A DNA stretch of 56,018 bases, from positions 1-56,018 of the IMG/VR virus record IMGVR_UViG_3300005805_000111, one strand, 5' to 3'. Both the position numbers and the translations under genes were made by a program. The stretch's first letter is position 1. Every line of letters starts with the position of its first letter. The DNA comes from a virus (taxonomy: Duplodnaviria; Caudoviricetes). This document shows positions 54,051-56,018 of the stretch, piece after piece. Below the pieces are notes generated by a model. It searched no databases. It saw only the letters and a list, made by a program, of their open reading frames with translations, and had not been told where the DNA came from.

Positions 54051-55790
54051 ATGCGAATCGCCGTCTACACGATCACAAAAAACGAAGAACAGTTCATTGA
54101 GCGTTGGGCCGAGTCTTGCAAAGAAGCAGACTATCGGCTAATTGTTGATACGGGATCAACGGACAACACTCTTGATGTCGCGCGCGCTTCAGGTTGTTCT
54201 ACTGCAAGTATTACTGTTTCGCCTTGGCGGTTTGATGACGCTCGAAACGCTGCTCTGGCTTTGATACCGAACGATATCGATATGTGTGTGTCTTTAGATG
54301 CTGACGAAATTCTTATTCCTGGATGGCGCGAACATTTAGAGTCTTTGCCTGAGAACGTGACGCGCCCCCGCTATAAGTACGTCTGGTCGTGGAACCCGGA
54401 CGGTTCGGAAGGAATTACGTTTCTCCGGGATCACATCCATAAGCGGCAGGGTTATCGGTGGAAGCATGCCGTACATGAGATTGTTATCCCAACTGGCGAA
54501 GAGGTTCAGGCTTTCTGTGGCCTAGAAGTTCATCATCATCCTGACAGCACCAAGTCGCGCGGACAGTATTTGCCACTTTTAGAGTTGGCCGTGCGCGAAA
54601 ACCCGAACGATGACCGCAACGTGTTCTATTTAGGACGCGAATACATGTTCTACAACATGCACGAAAAGGCAATTCCTCATTTGTTGAAACATCTGGAGTT
54701 GTCTGGATGGGCTGCCGAGCGTTCTGCCTCCATGCGATATCTCGCTAAAGCAACCGGCAATAAGGAGCATTGGTTTTTGCGGGCATGTGCCGAATCCCCT
54801 GAGCGACGCGAACCTTGGGTTGACCTTGGTCGTTTCTATTACGAGACACAGAACTGGTCTGGATGTCTGTCCGCCTGTTTAAGGGCTCTCTCTATCAGAG
54901 ATAAGCCGTTGGAGTATTTGTGTGAGCCTGAGGCGTGGGGTTCGTTGCCCTATGACTTGGCTGGGATAGCAGCATGGAATTTAGGCATGAAGGCAAATGC
55001 TTTGGCGCACACTGTTGAGGCAATGAAAATTGCTCCGTGGGATGATCGTATTCGCGCGAATGCTGCGATGATGTATCGAGGGAACCGTCATGCCGATGTT
55101 GTGGCGGTCATTCCGTGCAAATCGAACATCGATGGCCTCTTGACTGTTGTTAGACAGTTATCGCATGAGAGGTCTGTCAGCAGGATTAGGGTTGTTGCTG
55201 ATGGAAATGCAGCATTTGCAAAAATTAACGCAGCCCTACAGGAGCATGATTTACGTCAGTTCTGCGACGTACTTTGTGTCAGGGAGGGGTCCGGTATCCA
55301 TGTCATGTGGAATTACGGCGCGGAGAAGTATAAGGGCAAACACATTTTGTATATCAATGATGATGTGACGTTTGATGAGGATGCTATAGATACTTTGGCT
55401 GGGATGCTTGACACCCATCTCGAATTGGGTGTTGTCTGCCCAAACTATGATGGCAGGAAGATAGTGAAACAGTATGAGGCTGTGTCTATCGCGTGTCCTG
55501 GTCGCTATGACGGCACTGATGGGCTTGCAGGTTTCTGTTTTATGGTCCGTTCAGATGTAGATAAGGATTGGCGTTTTGACGAACGCATGAAATGGTATTA
55601 CGGCGATAATGACATTGTCAATTGGGTTCGTCTATCAGGTAAGGTTGCAGCCATTTCTGGTACTGCCGCGATGCAGTTGAATCCGTCTTGGACGAAGACG
55701 CATGACCCGCCTCCTGGATTCGATGAATACACAAAGAACGATGCCAAGATTTTTGCTAGCAAATGGAATGATGACGGAACTTTGGCATGA
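54051..55790 (+). CDS. Glycosyltransferase: GT2 - TPR - second GT2-like domain
   Basis: ITKNEE, VDTGSTDNT, FDDARN, LDADE; TPR-like FYLGREY; second domain MWNYG..YINDDV, WYYGDND. Confidence 0.88.
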   Translation: MRIAVYTITKNEEQFIERWAESCKEADYRLIVDTGSTDNTLDVARASGCSTASITVSPWRFDDARNAALALIPNDIDMCVSLDADEILIPGWREHLESLPENVTRPRYKYVWSWNPDGSEGITFLRDHIHKRQGYRWKHAVHEIVIPTGEEVQAFCGLEVHHHPDSTKSRGQYLPLLELAVRENPNDDRNVFYLGREYMFYNMHEKAIPHLLKHLELSGWAAERSASMRYLAKATGNKEHWFLRACAESPERREPWVDLGRFYYETQNWSGCLSACLRALSIRDKPLEYLCEPEAWGSLPYDLAGIAAWNLGMKANALAHTVEAMKIAPWDDRIRANAAMMYRGNRHADVVAVIPCKSNIDGLLTVVRQLSHERSVSRIRVVADGNAAFAKINAALQEHDLRQFCDVLCVREGSGIHVMWNYGAEKYKGKHILYINDDVTFDEDAIDTLAGMLDTHLELGVVCPNYDGRKIVKQYEAVSIACPGRYDGTDGLAGFCFMVRSDVDKDWRFDERMKWYYGDNDIVNWVRLSGKVAAISGTAAMQLNPSWTKTHDPPPGFDEYTKNDAKIFASKWNDDGTLA

Positions 55791-56018
55791 GTCGTCTTAT
55801 CGATTTGGCTAGGGAAACTGACAAGTTTTTTGCTCATCAGTACATTGAGGTTTATGAGGGTTTATTTGAGCCCATTAGACACAATGTTTTGAATGTACTT
55901 GAAGTTGGCATTAATACTGGAAACTCTCATCGGATGTGGCGCGACTACTTTCGTAACGCAAACATTTATGGGGTTGACATCTACGATTTTTGCGGAGGGA
56001 TGAAGGATGAGGATCGTA
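55787..56018 (+). CDS. SAM-dependent (sugar O-) methyltransferase, partial (not in ORF track)
   Basis: ATGA overlap; TDKFFAHQYIEVYE..F...VLEVGINTGNSHRMWRDYF.NANIYGVDI, open to the window end. Confidence 0.85.
   Translation, partial: MSRLIDLARETDKFFAHQYIEVYEGLFEPIRHNVLNVLEVGINTGNSHRMWRDYFRNANIYGVDIYDFCGGMKDEDR

Overview
The whole window is a gene-dense segment of a large tailed phage with a contractile (myovirus-type) tail. An actinobacterial host is inferred from leaderless-type promoters and gene content. The left arm (1-9420, minus strand) is a head operon: small membrane protein, HK97-type portal fused to a MuF domain, a greatly extended HK97-family prohead protease, a Zn-ribbon/PepSY-like multidomain protein, a protein ending in a degenerate HipA/PI3K-like kinase fold, and a further gene running off the left edge. 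No major capsid gene was recognised. The right arm (9481-end, plus strand) holds the terminase large subunit, a Rad52/Sak annealase with a RecB/Cas4-like nuclease, a glycosyltransferase, an HNH nuclease, neck genes, sheath, tube, a frameshifted tail chaperone, tape measure and baseplate. It continues with three in-register paralogous fibres, a long array of collagen-like and glycine-rich appendage genes, and a modification cluster (two 2OG-Fe(II) oxygenases, a GT2-TPR-GT2 glycosyltransferase, an O-methyltransferase). Most notable are (i) a candidate capsid-cargo system, with a shared RCP-x6-G-x-F-x7-C motif and recurrent Lys|Ala/Ser/Gly sites at domain borders, (ii) three diverged fibres with exactly conserved shaft register (candidate heterotrimer), and (iii) repeated appendage cassettes beside a probable collagen-decorating enzyme set. 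All calls come from motif recognition by eye; no database searches were run.
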